Below are positions 20,992-24,503 of a DNA stretch of 24,503 bases, piece by piece. Below the pieces are notes generated by a model. The model worked only from the letters and a program-made list of their open reading frames with translations. It had not been told where the DNA came from and did not search any database. Source of the DNA: a virus (Duplodnaviria > Heunggongvirae > Uroviricota > Caudoviricetes); the IMG/VR virus record IMGVR_UViG_3300029551_000088. One strand, written 5' to 3'. The position numbers were made by a program, and so were the translations under genes. How positions within the stretch are numbered: position 1 is the first letter of the stretch; each line of letters opens with the position of its first letter.

Positions 20992-23900
20992 TTTGGGGAT
21001 TGATGCGGCAGAGTTTAAAAATGAAATTCCCCGTATCAAAAACCTTCTGAATGGTGCAGCCAGCGATGCAGAACGGTCTTCTGCCCGTATGCAGCGTTTT
21101 ATGGAGCGTCAGACTCAGGCCGCCCGGCAGACAATGCAGGCGGCTTCTTCGGCTGCAACAGCCGCATCCGTCCATGCGCAGACGGTGGAGAAGAGCGCAC
21201 AGGCTCATGAACGCATGGCCCGCGAGGTGGAGCAAACCCGCCAGCGTATGGAGGCACTGAGCCAGAAAATGCGCGAGGAACAGGCGCAGGCCATGGCTCT
21301 GGCGGAGGCTCAGGATAAAGCGGCTGCCGCGTTTTATCGTCAGATTGACAGTGTGAAACAGGCCAGTGCGGGGCTGCAGGAATTACAGCGTATTCAGCAG
21401 CAGATCCGACAGGCCAGAAACAGTGGCGGGATTGGTCAGCAGGATTATCTGGCGCTGATTTCTGAGGTTACGGCGAAAACCCGTGTTCTTACGCAGGCTG
21501 AGGAAGAGGCTACCCGACAGAAAGTGGCGTTTATCCGTCAGCTTAAAGAGCAGGCAACCCGCCAGAATCTTTCTTCTTCTGAGTTGCTTCGTGCTAAGGC
21601 TGCCCAGCTGGGGGTAAGCAGTGCTGCAGAAGTGTATATCCGCAAAATGGAGCAGGCAGGAAAAGCCACGCATTCGCTGGGTCTGAAAAGTGCAGCGGCC
21701 CGCCAGGAGATTGGCGTTCTGATAGGTGAACTGGCCCGCGGCAATTTAGGGGCGCTGAGGGGATCCGGGATAACGCTGGCTAACCGTGCCGGATGGATAG
21801 ACACTCTGATGTCACCGAAAGGCATGATGCTTGGCGGGGTTATTGGCGGTATTGCCGCGTCCGTCTATGGTCTGGGTAAAGCCTGGTATGACGGTCAGAA
21901 GGAGGGGGAAGAATTTAACCGCCAGTTGTCGCTGACGGGGCATTATGCCGGAGTCACTGCCGGGCAGCTGTGGACGCTCAGTCGTGCTATTTCCGGGAAT
22001 GGTATCACGCAACATGCTGCAGCCGGTGCGCTGGCTCAGGTGGTGGGGAGTGGTGCATTTCGTGGAAACGATATCGGTATGGTGGCGAGAGCTGCCGCAC
22101 AGATGGAGCGATCGGTTGGCCAGTCGGTCAGCGATACCATAAATCAGTTTAAGCGGCTGAAGGATGATCCTGTAAATGCCGCGAAGGCTCTGGACAATGA
22201 GCTGCATTTTCTTACTGCCACTCAGCTTGAGCAGATACGTGTCCTTGGGGATCAGGGACGGTCCAGTGATGCTGCACGGATAGCCATGTCTGCACTGGCA
22301 GAGGAAACCGGTCGGCGTACTGCGGATATTGATAATAACCTCAATGCGCTTGGCAGTACGCTGAAGTATCTGTCTGATTTGTGGAGTCGTTTCTGGGATG
22401 CGGCCATGAATATTGGTCGTGAAGACTCGCTGGATGAACAGATTGCCGCTTTACAGGAGAAAGTGTCGCGGGCGAAAAGACTCCCCTGGACGGCATCATC
22501 TTCTCAGGTTGAATACGATCAGCAGCGTCTTAACGATCTTCAGGAGAAAAAACGCCAGAAGGATTTGCAGGATGCAAAAGAGCAGGCAGAGCGGAATTAT
22601 CAGGAGCAACAGAAACGACGTAATGCTGAAAATGCTGCACTGAACCGGATGAATGAAACGGAAGCAGCACGACATCAGCGTGAAATTGCGCGTATTAATT
22701 CCATGCAGTACGCCGATCAGGCTGTCAGGGATGCAGCGATACAACGTGAAAATGAACGTTACGAGAAAGCCCTGGCATCCGGTAAGAAAAAAACACGCGA
22801 ACCCCGTAATGATGAGGCCACCCGGTTATTGCTGCAGTACAGTCAGCAACAGGCACAGGTGGAAGGACAGATTGCTGCTGCCAGACAGTCAGCAGGCATT
22901 GCCACGGAAAGGATGACAGAAGCGCATAAACAGCTTCTGGCTCTGCAGCAGCGCATCAGCGACCTGGACGGGAAAAAACTGACGGCAGATGAAAAGAGTG
23001 TGCTGGCCCGTAAAGATGAACTGATTCAGGCACTGACGCTGCTGGATGTAAAACAGCAGGAGCTTCAGAAACAGACGGCACTCAACGAGCTGAAGAAAAA
23101 AACAATTCAGCTGACCAGTCAACTGGCTGAAGAAGAGCGCGCTCAGCGTCAGCAACATGACCTGGATATCGCCACGGTGGGTATGGGTGATCAGCAGCGG
23201 CAGCGATATCAGGTACAACTGAGTCTTCGCCAGAAATACCAGCAACAGCTGGAGCAGTTGAGGCGGGATAGTGAGCAGAAAGGAACATATAACACGGATG
23301 ACTACAGAAAGGCCGAGCAGGCGCTGACGGAGAGCCTGAACCGACAACTGAATGAGAATCGCCGTTACTGGCAACAGCTTGAAGTTGTGCAGGGTAACTG
23401 GAAAAACGGAGTCCTGCGTGCATTTCAGGATTTTACCGTGGATGCAGATAATACGGCAGGAACAGCAGAACAGGTGTTCTCGTCAGCCTTCAGCAACATG
23501 GGAAATGGCCTGGCAACTTTTGTCACTACCGGCAAACTCAATTTCAAATCCTTCACCTCTTCTGTGCTGTCAGATATGGCGAAAATCCTGGCGCAGGCAA
23601 CCATGATGAAATCGATAAAAGGGATTGGCAGTGTGCTGGGATTTGATCTCAGCAGCCTTTCCCTGAATGCCAATGGGGGGATTTATCAGTCTGCTGATTT
23701 GAGTCGTTACAGTGGCACGGTGGTTAACCGTCCGACGTTTTTTGCTTTTGCAAAAGGCGCGGGTGTGATGGGGGAAGCGGGACCTGAAGCCATTCTGCCA
23801 TTGCGTCGTGGTGCTGACGGTAAGCTGGGGGTTGTGGCGGATATTGGGGGTTCAGGTATGGCGATGTTTTCCCCGCAGTACAACATCGAGATCAATAACG

Positions 23901-24028
23901 ATGGCACGAACGGGCAGATAGGTCCGGCTGCCCTGAAGGCGGTTTATGACCTCGGGAAAAAAGCGGCAGCGGACTTTATGCAACAGCAGGCCCGTGATGG
24001 TGGTCGGTTAAGTGGAGCATATCGGTAA
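20963..24028 (+). CDS. tail tape measure protein H (lambda gpH-like, 1021 aa)
   Basis: N-terminus MDQIANLVIDLGIDAAEF and C-terminus INNDGTNGQIGPAALKAVYD...RDGG resemble lambda H; extensive Ala/Gln/Arg-rich coiled-coil; GGAGGTG ribosome-binding site. Confidence 0.9.
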   Translation: MDQIANLVIDLGIDAAEFKNEIPRIKNLLNGAASDAERSSARMQRFMERQTQAARQTMQAASSAATAASVHAQTVEKSAQAHERMAREVEQTRQRMEALSQKMREEQAQAMALAEAQDKAAAAFYRQIDSVKQASAGLQELQRIQQQIRQARNSGGIGQQDYLALISEVTAKTRVLTQAEEEATRQKVAFIRQLKEQATRQNLSSSELLRAKAAQLGVSSAAEVYIRKMEQAGKATHSLGLKSAAARQEIGVLIGELARGNLGALRGSGITLANRAGWIDTLMSPKGMMLGGVIGGIAASVYGLGKAWYDGQKEGEEFNRQLSLTGHYAGVTAGQLWTLSRAISGNGITQHAAAGALAQVVGSGAFRGNDIGMVARAAAQMERSVGQSVSDTINQFKRLKDDPVNAAKALDNELHFLTATQLEQIRVLGDQGRSSDAARIAMSALAEETGRRTADIDNNLNALGSTLKYLSDLWSRFWDAAMNIGREDSLDEQIAALQEKVSRAKRLPWTASSSQVEYDQQRLNDLQEKKRQKDLQDAKEQAERNYQEQQKRRNAENAALNRMNETEAARHQREIARINSMQYADQAVRDAAIQRENERYEKALASGKKKTREPRNDEATRLLLQYSQQQAQVEGQIAAARQSAGIATERMTEAHKQLLALQQRISDLDGKKLTADEKSVLARKDELIQALTLLDVKQQELQKQTALNELKKKTIQLTSQLAEEERAQRQQHDLDIATVGMGDQQRQRYQVQLSLRQKYQQQLEQLRRDSEQKGTYNTDDYRKAEQALTESLNRQLNENRRYWQQLEVVQGNWKNGVLRAFQDFTVDADNTAGTAEQVFSSAFSNMGNGLATFVTTGKLNFKSFTSSVLSDMAKILAQATMMKSIKGIGSVLGFDLSSLSLNANGGIYQSADLSRYSGTVVNRPTFFAFAKGAGVMGEAGPEAILPLRRGADGKLGVVADIGGSGMAMFSPQYNIEINNDGTNGQIGPAALKAVYDLGKKAAADFMQQQARDGGRLSGAYR

Positions 24029-24357
24029 TGGAGACGTTTCACTGGAAAGTGCGCCCGGATATGAATGTGGTATCAGAGCCGAAAGTGGTGACAGTGAAGC
24101 TTGGCGATGGTTATGAACAGCGTCGTGCGGCGGGACTGAATAACCAGTTGTCGACTTACAGCGTGACGATACGTGTTCGTAAATGTGAACACCCATCTTT
24201 AAAAGCCTTTCTGGAACGGCACGGTGGCGTCCGCGCATTTCAGTGGACGCCACCTTATGACTGGAAGCCGATCAGGGTGGTTTGTCGTAAATGGTCGGCA
24301 AGCGTGGGGGCGTTGTGGGTAACCATAACGGCAGATTTTGAACAGGTCGTGGCATAG
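24028..24357 (+). CDS. minor tail protein M (lambda gpM-like, 109 aa)
   Basis: Similar to lambda M (FHWKV.P.M, GDGY.QR, TYSVT, HGG, WTPPY.W, KWS, FEQVV); TAATG overlap with H. Confidence 0.9.
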   Translation: METFHWKVRPDMNVVSEPKVVTVKLGDGYEQRRAAGLNNQLSTYSVTIRVRKCEHPSLKAFLERHGGVRAFQWTPPYDWKPIRVVCRKWSASVGALWVTITADFEQVVA

Positions 24358-24366
24358 GAGGCTCTG

Positions 24367-24503
24367 ATGCAGGATATTCCACAGGAAACACATCATGAGA
24401 CGACACGCCTCACTCAGTCAGCCCAGGTGGTGCTCTGGGAAATCGATCTGACAGAGGTCGGTGGTGAACGTTATTTTTTCTGTAATGAGCAGAACGAAAA
24501 AGG
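24367..24503 (+). CDS. minor tail protein L (lambda gpL-like), 5' portion only; continues beyond the window
   Basis: Hand translation MQDIPQETHHETTRLTQSAQVVLWEIDLTEVGGERYFFCNEQNEK is near-identical to the lambda L N-terminus as I recall it; AGGAGG ribosome-binding site. Confidence 0.85.
   Translation, partial: MQDIPQETHHETTRLTQSAQVVLWEIDLTEVGGERYFFCNEQNEK

Noticed and set aside
21051-23907. Multiple antisense and alternative-frame ORFs inside the tape measure gene, including a 161-aa minus-strand ORF at 22889..23374
   Set aside because: The tape measure frame is continuous and homologous end to end; the nested frames are Leu/Gln/Arg-rich mirror images of its repetitive coiled-coil codons.

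Overview
This window is a contiguous stretch of a lambdoid prophage, closely resembling the E. coli Qin-type/lambda-type organisation. From left to right it reads: a partial AT-rich accessory ORF on the minus strand; a hok-family type I toxin (hokD-like) and rem; a DUF968 protein (ydfU-like) and a Q-type late antiterminator (quuQ-like) followed by a candidate pR'/tR' unit; cold-shock paralogs (cspF-like, cspB-like, cspI-like) flanking a phage-21-style lysis cassette (pinholin, ydfR-like, SAR endolysin, Rz/Rz1); a small accessory cluster (gnsB-like, ydfO-like, small hypotheticals); a lambda-like cos site; then the head and tail morphogenesis genes (Nu1-like small terminase, A-like large terminase, W, portal, a ClpP-like protease fused to the major capsid protein, FII, Z, U, V, G/GT, tape measure H, M, start of L). 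The most consequential feature is a 1258-bp IS3-family (IS911-like) element inserted in the large terminase gene with a 3-bp ATT target duplication; removing it in silico restores the reading frame. All calls come from reading the ORF translations and the nucleotide sequence by eye; no database search was run, so family names rest on remembered homology and gene symbols are Qin/lambda analogies rather than verified identities. I did not identify any convincing candidate for a genuinely undescribed multi-gene system; the novel-looking items are small ORFs and regulatory structures, listed below with low confidence.
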